A DNA stretch of 64,000 nucleotides. Origin: an uncultured Desulfarculus sp. GTDB taxonomy: Bacteria > Desulfobacterota > Desulfarculia > Desulfarculales > Desulfarculaceae. Position numbers and translations under genes: made by a program. Location of the stretch: the NCBI GenBank assembly GCA_963665125.2, contig CAXXUK010000001.1, positions 2,144,001-2,208,000 of the forward strand, in the 5' to 3' direction. How positions within the stretch are numbered: the first letter of the stretch is position 1; each line of letters starts with the position of its first letter. Shown piece after piece: positions 10,850 through 20,892 of this stretch. Below the pieces are notes generated by a model. The model saw only the letters and a program-made list of their open reading frames with translations. It did not search any database and was not told the origin of the DNA.

Positions 10850-11803
10850 ATGAGCACCCAGTCCACTATAGATGCCATTGTTTCCGGCGATGTACGCATG
10901 GCCGCCCGGCTGATGCGCCTGTTGGATGACGGTTCGCAACAGGCCCTGGAGACTCTCAAGGGTCTACACGCCAAGGCGGGTTCGGCCAGGGTCATCGGCA
11001 TAACCGGGTCTCCGGGCGTGGGCAAGTCCACCATCACCGACAACCTGGTTAGGGTTTTCCGGGAGCGCGGCAACACCGTGGGCGTGGTGGCCGTGGACCC
11101 GACCAGCCCCTTCAGCGGCGGGGCGATCCTGGGCGACCGGGTGCGCATGCAGCGCCACGCCACCGACGAAGGGGTGTTTATCCGCTCCCTGGCCACCCGG
11201 GGACACTTCGGCGGGCTGACCGCCTCGACCCAGGGCGTGGTCAAGATCATGGACGCCATGGGCAAGGACGTGGTAATCGTCGAAACGGTGGGCGTGGGCC
11301 AGGATGAGGTCGACGTGGTCCGGCTGGCCGACACCACGCTGGTGGTCACCGTGCCCGGCCTGGGCGACGATATCCAAGCCATAAAGGCGGGAATTCTGGA
11401 AGTGGCCGACGTTTTCGTGGTAAACAAGGTCGACCGGGAGGGCTCGGCGCGCACCATCAGCGAACTCGAGCACATGATCGACCTGGCCCGGCCCCAGCAG
11501 CGGCAAGCCGGATGGAGGCCGCCGGTGGTGGGCACATGCGCCCTGGACGGCAAGGGCTTCGATGTCCTCATGGCGGCCATGGACGAACATTGGGCCCATC
11601 TGGCGGGCAGCGGCAATCTCCAGGCCCGGCGCAGGGAACGCGCCCGCATGGAACTATTGGACTTGATTCAAACCCAGGCCATGGACCGCCTGATGCGCAA
11701 GCTCGAGGCTGAAACGTCCATGGACGAAGTGATAGACCGGATCGCGGAAGGCCGGACAGACCCTTATTCCGTCTGCGAAGAAATCATGGACCGGTCGTTT
11801 TAA
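10850..11803 (+). CDS. meaB: MeaB/ArgK GTPase (B12-dependent mutase chaperone)
   Basis: GITGSPGVGKS, DPTSPFSGGAILGDRVRM, VETVGVGQ and VNKVD motifs. Confidence 0.93.
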   Translation: MSTQSTIDAIVSGDVRMAARLMRLLDDGSQQALETLKGLHAKAGSARVIGITGSPGVGKSTITDNLVRVFRERGNTVGVVAVDPTSPFSGGAILGDRVRMQRHATDEGVFIRSLATRGHFGGLTASTQGVVKIMDAMGKDVVIVETVGVGQDEVDVVRLADTTLVVTVPGLGDDIQAIKAGILEVADVFVVNKVDREGSARTISELEHMIDLARPQQRQAGWRPPVVGTCALDGKGFDVLMAAMDEHWAHLAGSGNLQARRRERARMELLDLIQTQAMDRLMRKLEAETSMDEVIDRIAEGRTDPYSVCEEIMDRSF

Positions 11804-11830
11804 CTGGATAATTTTTACTGCGAGGAGAAC

Positions 11831-12382
11831 ATGGCCCGCAATGCCAAGCGTAAATCCCTGGGCCAGCGGCTCAGCCGCCTGCGTCAAGAACGCGGCATGA
11901 GCATCGACAGCCTGGCCAATGAAACCGGTCAGGCCCGGGAATATCTGGAAAAGGTCGAAAACGACGAAGTCATCCCCCCCGTGGCGGTGCTTCTGACCCT
12001 GGGCCGGGCCCTGGAGGTCGACTCCGGCGAACTGCTCAAGGATGACGAAGCGGCAGAGACGGCCCAAAGGCGGGCCCAGGCCGTGCGCACCCGCACGGAT
12101 CACTACTCATACCGCGTGCTGACCCCCGAGGCCCTGCACAAGCACCTCAAGGGCTTCCGGGTGACCATCGAGCCGGTCAGCGATCTGGACGGACCCGGTT
12201 ATCAGCACGAAGGCGAAGAGTTCGTCTATGTCCTGTCGGGCCAGGTGTGCGTCACCGTGGGCGACAACGTCAACGATCTCAAGGCCGGTGACAGCCTGCA
12301 TTTCAACTCCGGCGTGACCCACACCCTGCGCAACAGCGGAAACGAAACCTGCGAACTGCTTGTGGTGCTCTATACGCCCTAA
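11831..12382 (+). CDS. XRE-family HTH plus cupin transcriptional regulator
   Basis: N-terminal HTH_XRE; cupin motif HEGEEFVYVLSG...GDSLHFNSGVTH. Confidence 0.9.
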   Translation: MARNAKRKSLGQRLSRLRQERGMSIDSLANETGQAREYLEKVENDEVIPPVAVLLTLGRALEVDSGELLKDDEAAETAQRRAQAVRTRTDHYSYRVLTPEALHKHLKGFRVTIEPVSDLDGPGYQHEGEEFVYVLSGQVCVTVGDNVNDLKAGDSLHFNSGVTHTLRNSGNETCELLVVLYTP

Positions 12383-12463
12383 GCGGATATAGCGGCTCGA
12401 CATTCACCGCCGGTGGATCGCATGCCCCGGCGGTACTAAAAATATGCCTATACGGAGGCGGTC

Positions 12464-13621
12464 ATGGCTATCGCGGCCCTAACCGAAGAGCAGCAGATGA
12501 TCCAAGACATGGCCAGGGACTTCGCCCGGGAAGTGCTCATGCCCACGGCGGGCCAGCGCGACCGGACCTGCGAATTCCCAGCCGAGAACCTGGCCCGCAT
12601 GGCCGAACTGGGGTTCATGGGCATGGCTGTACCCGAGCAGTACGGAGGGGCGGGCGTTGACGCGGTCAGCTACGTATTGGCCCTGTCCGAGATAGCCTAC
12701 GGCTGCGCCAGCACGGCGGTGGTCATGAGCGTGCACAACTCCATCTGCTGCGAGGCCATCGTCAAGTTCGGCACCGAGGACCAAAAGAATACCTGGCTGC
12801 CACCCATGTGCACCGGCGAAATCATCGGCGCGTTCGGCCTCACCGAGCCCGGTGCCGGTTCCGACCCCAGCAGCCAGCGCACCACGGCGGTCCTCGACGG
12901 CGACGAGTGGGTAATCAACGGCACCAAGCAGTTCATCACCACCGGTTCCCACGCCGGGCTGACCATCGTGACGGCGTACACCGACAGGGACAAAAAGCAC
13001 CGGGGCATCAGCGCGTTCATCGTGCCCAAGGACACGCCGGGGCTCATCGTGGGCAAGGCCGAGGACAAACTCGGCCTCAAGGCCTCGGATACGGTGCAAC
13101 TAATCCTGGAAGACTGCCGGGTGCCGGCCGAAAACATGCTGGGCAAGCGCGGCGATGGTTTCATCATCGCCATGACCTGCCTGGATTCGGGCCGTATCGG
13201 CATCTCGGCCCAGTCGGTTGGCGTGGCCCGAGCCTGCCTGGACGAAGCCATAGACTTTGTGGAGACCAGGGAGCAGTTCGGCAAGCCCATCGGCGATTTC
13301 CAGGGTATCCGCTGGCGCGTCGCCGACATGGCCACCGAGATCGAAGCCGCCGAGATGATGTGCGTCAACGCGGCCATGCTCAAGCAGGCGGGACGCAAGT
13401 TCACCGCCGAGGCCTCCATGGCCAAGCTGTTCGCCAGCGAAATGGTCAACCGCATCACCGGCCAGTGTCTGCAAATGCACGGAGGATACGGTTTCTGCCG
13501 CGAATACGACATTGAACGTCATTTTCGCGACGCCCGCGTGTTCACCATCTACGAAGGCACCAGCGAAATTCAACGCATGGTCATCAGCAACCAGGTCATG
13601 GGGCCGCCCAAGTTCCGCTAG
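12464..13621 (+). CDS. Acyl-CoA dehydrogenase
   Basis: FGLTEPGAGSD, NGTKQFIT, REQFGKPI, HGGYG and IYEGTSEI motifs. Confidence 0.95.
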   Translation: MAIAALTEEQQMIQDMARDFAREVLMPTAGQRDRTCEFPAENLARMAELGFMGMAVPEQYGGAGVDAVSYVLALSEIAYGCASTAVVMSVHNSICCEAIVKFGTEDQKNTWLPPMCTGEIIGAFGLTEPGAGSDPSSQRTTAVLDGDEWVINGTKQFITTGSHAGLTIVTAYTDRDKKHRGISAFIVPKDTPGLIVGKAEDKLGLKASDTVQLILEDCRVPAENMLGKRGDGFIIAMTCLDSGRIGISAQSVGVARACLDEAIDFVETREQFGKPIGDFQGIRWRVADMATEIEAAEMMCVNAAMLKQAGRKFTAEASMAKLFASEMVNRITGQCLQMHGGYGFCREYDIERHFRDARVFTIYEGTSEIQRMVISNQVMGPPKFR

Positions 13622-13655
13622 GCATTTTAATTAATTTTGGCGTGCCGAATTGCAT

Positions 13656-13675
13656 GGCGGCCCGGTCGGGCCGCC
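13656..13675. terminator. Hairpin between convergent acd and lptG
   Basis: GGCGGCCC-GGTC-GGGCCGCC. Confidence 0.55.
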
Positions 13676-13679
13676 TTAT

Positions 13680-14759
13680 CTATTGCCTGATCGAAGTAAT
13701 CATGCCGAAGCCCGCCAAGGCGAACATGGCGTTTGGCAGCCAGGCCGCGGCCACCGGCGGCAATATGCCGCCATAGCCAAAGATGGATCGGACGTATCCC
13801 AAACCGATCCAGTAGGTCAGCGACAGCATCAGGCCCACGACGATGCCGGGGGCCAGGAAGCGGCCCCTTTCCCGGAACAGGGCCAGGGGTATGCCCAATA
13901 GGGCCATGATCGTGCAGATGAACGGCCCGCTGATCTTGCAGTGCATATCCACCCTGTAGCGCCGGGTGTCGTAGCCTTCCTTGTCGATTTTGTCCACATG
14001 GGCCGAAAGTTCGCCCAGGCCCATTTCCTCGCTGGGTTTGGACAGGCGGCTGAAGTCGCTGGGCCGTTCGGGCAGATCCCTTTCGATCTCCTCGAACACC
14101 ACCGCCGAATAGCCGCCCTGGGGCAGGCGGTTCTGGTGCAGGCCGCTGAAGAACACCCAGCGGCCGTTTAAAAACATGGCCCGCCTGGCGTCGATGCGCT
14201 CGGCCAGATTGAAGCTCTTGTCAAAGCGGTAATAAACCACATTGGAAAGCACCTGGCCGTCGGGGTCGAAGTGGCCGATGTGGTAGATGGAGCCGCTGCC
14301 TTTGTACCAAAATTTCTCCCTGGTATATACGCCGCTGGGCCGCCGCTCCACCAGCGTCTCCCAAATGTAGTTGGTGCTGGCCTTGGTGTCGGGAATCACC
14401 AATTCATTGTTAATTGCGGTACCCAGGGTAACGGCAAGGGAAATCAGGATGATGGGGAGGGTGAAGCGCAACACACTTATGCCCGAACTTTTGATGGCGA
14501 TGGTCTCGCCGCGTTTGGACATCAGGCCCAGGGATATGATGGTGCCAAGCAGCACGGCCAGGGGCGCCAGCAGGGATATCAGCTCCGGCACCTGGAGCAG
14601 GAAATACATCATCATCGTCGAGCCGGCCACCCCGGCTTCAAAAAAGTTGTCGACCTTTTCAATGAAATCGAAAAGAGTATACAACGAGACGAAGGCCACC
14701 ATCATAAAGCTGAATATCTTCAGATACTCACGGCTGACGTATAGGCTCAGAATCCGCAC
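13680..14759 (-). CDS. lptG: LPS export ABC transporter permease LptG
   Basis: YjgP/YjgQ architecture (GETIAIKSSGIS, AAWLPN); GTG at 14759 with AGAGGA RBS preferred over the ORF-track start. Confidence 0.88.
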   Translation of the reverse strand: MRILSLYVSREYLKIFSFMMVAFVSLYTLFDFIEKVDNFFEAGVAGSTMMMYFLLQVPELISLLAPLAVLLGTIISLGLMSKRGETIAIKSSGISVLRFTLPIILISLAVTLGTAINNELVIPDTKASTNYIWETLVERRPSGVYTREKFWYKGSGSIYHIGHFDPDGQVLSNVVYYRFDKSFNLAERIDARRAMFLNGRWVFFSGLHQNRLPQGGYSAVVFEEIERDLPERPSDFSRLSKPSEEMGLGELSAHVDKIDKEGYDTRRYRVDMHCKISGPFICTIMALLGIPLALFRERGRFLAPGIVVGLMLSLTYWIGLGYVRSIFGYGGILPPVAAAWLPNAMFALAGFGMITSIRQ

Positions 14760-14769
14760 GTTGTCCTCT

Positions 14770-15951
14770 TTAGCTCTGGTGGCTCTTGCGGGCCGACAAT
14801 ATCCGTTTGATCGTATCGGGCAAGCTGCCGACAAATTCGATTAGCGCCACGGGCCTTTCCTTGACCTCCCGGCGGAACAACTCCAAGGCCATGACCCCCA
14901 AAATGAAGTTTGGAGCCCACATACCCAAAGCGGGAGGATAATCTCCGGTTTCACCAAAGGACCAGGCGGCCGACAGCATCAAATAATAACCCATAAACAC
15001 CACAAGGGCCACGGCCACGCCCCAGGACTTGCCGCCCTTGGCGTGCATGCCAAGCGGCAGGCCCATCAGGGCCATGATCAGGCAGGCGAAGGGTATGGAA
15101 AATTTCTTGTGCAGTTCCATCTGCACCAAATAGTGCTGAATACTGTCCGGCGGAAGTTCGTTGAGCATCTGTATAAGCTCACCGAAATACATCTCTTTTT
15201 CGAGTTTGCTTTGTCGGGAACCGGCCTGCAGGCGCCCCGCGTCCACGGCTATGTCATAAGTGGTGAATCCGGCGGTCTGGGCCGAACGCAGATCCTGGCC
15301 CACGGAATGGATGGTTCCATCGTATAGCCTAAGGATGATGCGATCTTGCTGGGCCGGGAACAGCTTGCCCCGCTTGGACACGATGGTGTGTCGCCGTTTG
15401 GGGTCGCGCTCGTCGACAATGAATAGGTCTTCCATGTTGCCTTCGCCGGGCAGGCGGCTGATGTAAATGACCATGCCGGGGAAGGTATCCATGAAGACCC
15501 GCTCCTTCAGGGCCAGGTCGGCCTGGGAGCGGGCTATCTGAAAAACCAGGTTCTCGAAGTTGTGGTTGCCCCAGGGCAGGCCCCAAAAGGCCAGGCCGGA
15601 GGTGATCAGCCATGCCCCCACGCCTATTATGGCCACCGAAGGCAACATAGACACGGGGCTGACGCCTGCGGCCTTGAGGGAGACTATCTCCATGTCGCCG
15701 CTGAGACGCAGAAAACCCAATAGCACGCCAAGCAATGTTGCCATTGGGATCGTAAAGACGAAAAAATAGGGCAAGGTATAGATTAAAAGGCGCCCGACAA
15801 CGTCGAGACCAACCCCTCTGGTGACCACCAGGTCGGTCAGTTCGACGATTTTGGCAATAAGCAACATGAATGTAAAGACCCCTAAACTGATGAAAAAGGG
15901 CCCTAACATCTCGCCTAATAAGTATCTATGTATTATCCTTGCTCGAAGCAT
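14770..15951 (-). CDS. lptF: LPS export ABC transporter permease LptF
   Basis: LRLSGDMEIVSLKAAGVS, ELHKKFSIPFAC and MWAPN motifs; tandem with lptG. Confidence 0.88.
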   Translation of the reverse strand: MLRARIIHRYLLGEMLGPFFISLGVFTFMLLIAKIVELTDLVVTRGVGLDVVGRLLIYTLPYFFVFTIPMATLLGVLLGFLRLSGDMEIVSLKAAGVSPVSMLPSVAIIGVGAWLITSGLAFWGLPWGNHNFENLVFQIARSQADLALKERVFMDTFPGMVIYISRLPGEGNMEDLFIVDERDPKRRHTIVSKRGKLFPAQQDRIILRLYDGTIHSVGQDLRSAQTAGFTTYDIAVDAGRLQAGSRQSKLEKEMYFGELIQMLNELPPDSIQHYLVQMELHKKFSIPFACLIMALMGLPLGMHAKGGKSWGVAVALVVFMGYYLMLSAAWSFGETGDYPPALGMWAPNFILGVMALELFRREVKERPVALIEFVGSLPDTIKRILSARKSHQS

Positions 15952-15998
15952 GGACCGAAGTCTAAATGTTGCCGAAGCGTTTGTAAAGGATCACGATC

Positions 15999-17036
15999 AT
16001 GAACTTACGCCAAGAGTTGGAACAACGTGAAGACAAGGTGCTGTCGCGGCATGCAGCCCGCTCGGCCCAAAGCAAGGGCAGGCTTCACCCCGAAGACGAA
16101 TGCAACTTGCGGCCGGCCTTTCAACACGACCGGGATAGAATCTTATACAGCAAAGCGTTCCGGCGGCTCAAGCATAAGACGCAGGTCTTTTTGGCGCCCA
16201 CGGGAGACCACTACCGCACCCGCCTTACCCACACCCTGGAAGTGGGCCAGATCGCCCGGACCATGGCCAAGGCCCTGGCCCTGAATGAAGACCTCACCGA
16301 AGCCATAGCCCTGGGCCACGACCTGGGCCACACACCCTTCGGCCACGCCGGAGAGGCCGAGTTGAACAAGCTGGTGCCCGGCGGATTCCGTCATTACGAG
16401 CAATCGCTGAGGGTCGTGGACGAACTGGAAAAAGAAGGCAAGGGCCTCAACCTGACCCATGAAGTTCGCATGGGAATCCTGAACCACTCCAAAGGCAAAG
16501 GCGGCTTTCTGGAATGTCCCGCGGGCGAGGATCTGACCATGGAGGCCCGGCTGGTGCGCTGCGCCGACATCATGGCATATGTGGCCCACGACACCGACGA
16601 CGCGGTCAGGGGCGGCGTGATCAAACCCGGCGACTTGCCCCAAGAAGTAGTTACCGTGCTGGGCGACCGTTTGAGCCGCCACATCAACACCATGGTCCAG
16701 GATCTGATTGAGCAGACCAAGGCGGGCGGCGGCGCGGAATTGCACATGACCCCCAACGTGGAAAAGGCCGTGTGGGCCCTGAGGGCTTTCCTGTACGGCC
16801 ATGTCTATGACAACATGGAGGTCCATACCGATTTCATCAAGGCCTCCAAGGTCATACGGGAATTATGGGAACGATTGTCCGCCGACGACATGGTGTATGA
16901 AACCTATGTCGGCCCCCTGCCCGAGCAAAATGAACGTTTCCGCCGGGCGACCGACTACATCGCCGGCATGACCGATCCGTTCTCCCTGCGGCTATACGAA
17001 AAGATATTCCTGCCACGGCCCTGGGCGGTGCTGTAA
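15999..17036 (+). CDS. dgt: dGTP triphosphohydrolase-like HD protein
   Basis: FQHDRDRI, HKTQVF, RTRLTHTLEV, HDLGHTPFGHAGE and DYIAGMTD motifs. Confidence 0.92.
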   Translation: MNLRQELEQREDKVLSRHAARSAQSKGRLHPEDECNLRPAFQHDRDRILYSKAFRRLKHKTQVFLAPTGDHYRTRLTHTLEVGQIARTMAKALALNEDLTEAIALGHDLGHTPFGHAGEAELNKLVPGGFRHYEQSLRVVDELEKEGKGLNLTHEVRMGILNHSKGKGGFLECPAGEDLTMEARLVRCADIMAYVAHDTDDAVRGGVIKPGDLPQEVVTVLGDRLSRHINTMVQDLIEQTKAGGGAELHMTPNVEKAVWALRAFLYGHVYDNMEVHTDFIKASKVIRELWERLSADDMVYETYVGPLPEQNERFRRATDYIAGMTDPFSLRLYEKIFLPRPWAVL

Positions 17037-17230
17037 CAAGGTGTTTAAAAGTCCGTCCTGGACTTTTAAACCGCTACTCGGCAAAAGCGTGGTTTTGCCA
17101 AGTAGCTCGATTTGCTTGTTTTTGAAAAACTGCGCAAATCGGCGGGCCGTGACGGGGTCCCCGGCAAAGCGAAGCTTTGTTGGGGTGAATCCGTGGCCCG
17201 CCTGGCCGGCTGTTTCTCAACAGCCTGCCA
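17034..17230. mobile_element. Non-coding MITE/REP-like element of about 197 bp with four internal hairpins
   Basis: Imperfect terminal inverted repeats TAACAAGGTGTTTAAAA ... TTCTCAACAGCCTGCCA; stems at 17043-17071, 17073-17106, 17108-17141 and 17142-17201. Confidence 0.6.
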
Positions 17231-17310
17231 GATCACGCCGCCCAAATTCAACGCCCGCCCCGGAAGTGTCCGAAGCGGGCGATTGATTTACCGGGGATTA
17301 TGGGCCAGGC

Positions 17311-19080
<1,770 letters not shown>

Positions 19081-19083
19081 GCC

Positions 19084-20880
19084 CTAGCCCTTTTCCGTGG
19101 AGAGAGGAAGCTGTTTATCCATCAACCGCTGCCGCTGAAGGTGCAGACGATCCACTTCCTGGTGGTCGCCGGCCCTTTCGGCTTCGGCAATGGCCTGTTG
19201 GAGCATATTTTTTTCACGCCTCAGACGTTTGGCGCGGAGTCGATCTGCCAATAGCTCGGCCTGCTTAACAGCGTTTTCTGAGTTGAGCTTGAGTTCTTTG
19301 GCGGCCAGCCCGGCCACCAGGGAGTGGAGTTGCGGATCATCAAGATGCTGGATGACCGAAGCGGGGTCGGAGTTGCCCGAACGGTCAAGTTCGGCGGCCA
19401 CGGCCCGGCCTACCTTGGCCAGGGCCGGATCGCGAAGCGATTCCAACAGGCCGCAGTTGGCCAGATGCCTGGCCGCCTCGGGCGAGGCCAGAGCAGCCTC
19501 CAAAACCGCCCTTTCACCTTGGCCCCCCAATGGTTCGCACTTTTGCACGGTGCGAACTGGCGCGGCCTTGGGTGATGCGCCGCCCATGGGCATGCCCAGA
19601 CGGCTGGCGCACAGACGCACGGGAACCCGGAGTCTCCCAGCGAGACGTTCCAGATACCCCCAGGAGGTCACCGGGTCTTTTATGGCTTTAATGATTCCGC
19701 CGGCTTGCGCCACGATATTGCTCTTACCTTCCGGTGTGGAGCTGTCGCCCTGTTGAACAATCTCGTCCAGGCTCACCTGCACCAATGGCCGAGCAGTTTC
19801 CAAGGCGCTGTCCAGGGCCTCGGGCCCATGGGCGCGCAGGAACGAATCCGGGTCCTCGCCACGGGGCAGGAGGTGCACCAAGGGGAAAATATCCTCCCCC
19901 AGAAACACCGGCAGCGAACGTCTGGCAGCCCGGATTCCGGCTTCATCACCGTCGAACAGCAAAATGATCCGCCCCGCGCTTCCGGCCAGCATCTTTATCT
20001 GCTGGCTGGTCAGGGCCGTGCCCATGGGGGCAACTGTCTCGGCAAATCCGCCTGCGGCCAAGGTGATTACATCGAAGTAGCCTTCGACAACTATGGCGCG
20101 GTCTTTTTGGTGCATGGCCTGCCTGGCCCGCTCGATGTTGTAGAGCGCCCCGGACTTGAAGAACACCGGCGATTCGGAGCCGTTTAAATATTTCGGCTCG
20201 CCCTGGCCGATGATCCGGCCGCCAAAACTGACCACACGCCCCCGGGTGTCGCCAATGGGGAAAACCACCCGGTCTCTGAAACGGTCGTATGAACCCCGGC
20301 CCTTGTCGCTTTGCACCAGCAGACCAGACTTGATAGCCAGGTCCTCGGGAACGCCCTGTCCCAACAGGTGTCTGCGAAGCTCCTCCCAGCCTTGTGGGGC
20401 GTAGCCCAGGCTGAACTCCTCTACCGTGCCACGGCTAAGAGCGCGCTTTTCGTAGAGGTAGCGCCTGGCTTCATCCCCACGGGGACCATCCAACTGCTGA
20501 CGGAAAAATGTACCGGCAAGTTGCAGTACTCGCAACAACTTCTCTTTTTCGTCATACTCCTGACGCTGTTTTTCCGTCATTTGTTCTTCGGGAACGGCGA
20601 TGCCGTACTGGTCGGCCAGTTGGCGCACGGCCTCGGGGAAGCTCAGTCCCTGGTCCCGCATGACAAAGCTGAAGACATTGCCGCCCTCGCCGCAGCCAAA
20701 GCAATGCCAGGTGCCCCGCTCGCGGTTGACCACCATGCTGGGGTCGGTGTCGCCGTGGAACGGACACACGCCCTTGAAGGTCTTGCCCGCCTTGCGAAGC
20801 TGGACCCGGCGGCCGATCACGTCGGTGATATCGGCGGCCTGGCGCACGGCGTCGACTATGTCATCGGGGATGCGTCCCAA
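19084..20880 (-). CDS. dnaG: DNA primase
   Basis: CPFH...CFGC zinc finger, PKYLN, VEGYFD and FDGDEAG (TOPRIM); TTG start. Confidence 0.96.
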   Translation of the reverse strand: MGRIPDDIVDAVRQAADITDVIGRRVQLRKAGKTFKGVCPFHGDTDPSMVVNRERGTWHCFGCGEGGNVFSFVMRDQGLSFPEAVRQLADQYGIAVPEEQMTEKQRQEYDEKEKLLRVLQLAGTFFRQQLDGPRGDEARRYLYEKRALSRGTVEEFSLGYAPQGWEELRRHLLGQGVPEDLAIKSGLLVQSDKGRGSYDRFRDRVVFPIGDTRGRVVSFGGRIIGQGEPKYLNGSESPVFFKSGALYNIERARQAMHQKDRAIVVEGYFDVITLAAGGFAETVAPMGTALTSQQIKMLAGSAGRIILLFDGDEAGIRAARRSLPVFLGEDIFPLVHLLPRGEDPDSFLRAHGPEALDSALETARPLVQVSLDEIVQQGDSSTPEGKSNIVAQAGGIIKAIKDPVTSWGYLERLAGRLRVPVRLCASRLGMPMGGASPKAAPVRTVQKCEPLGGQGERAVLEAALASPEAARHLANCGLLESLRDPALAKVGRAVAAELDRSGNSDPASVIQHLDDPQLHSLVAGLAAKELKLNSENAVKQAELLADRLRAKRLRREKNMLQQAIAEAERAGDHQEVDRLHLQRQRLMDKQLPLSTEKG

Positions 20881-20892
20881 CAGGCTTTCGTC

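Noticed and set aside
15999..17036. dGTPase as an anti-phage nucleotide-depletion gene
   Set aside because: Host-like GC content, housekeeping context and short housekeeping-type length.
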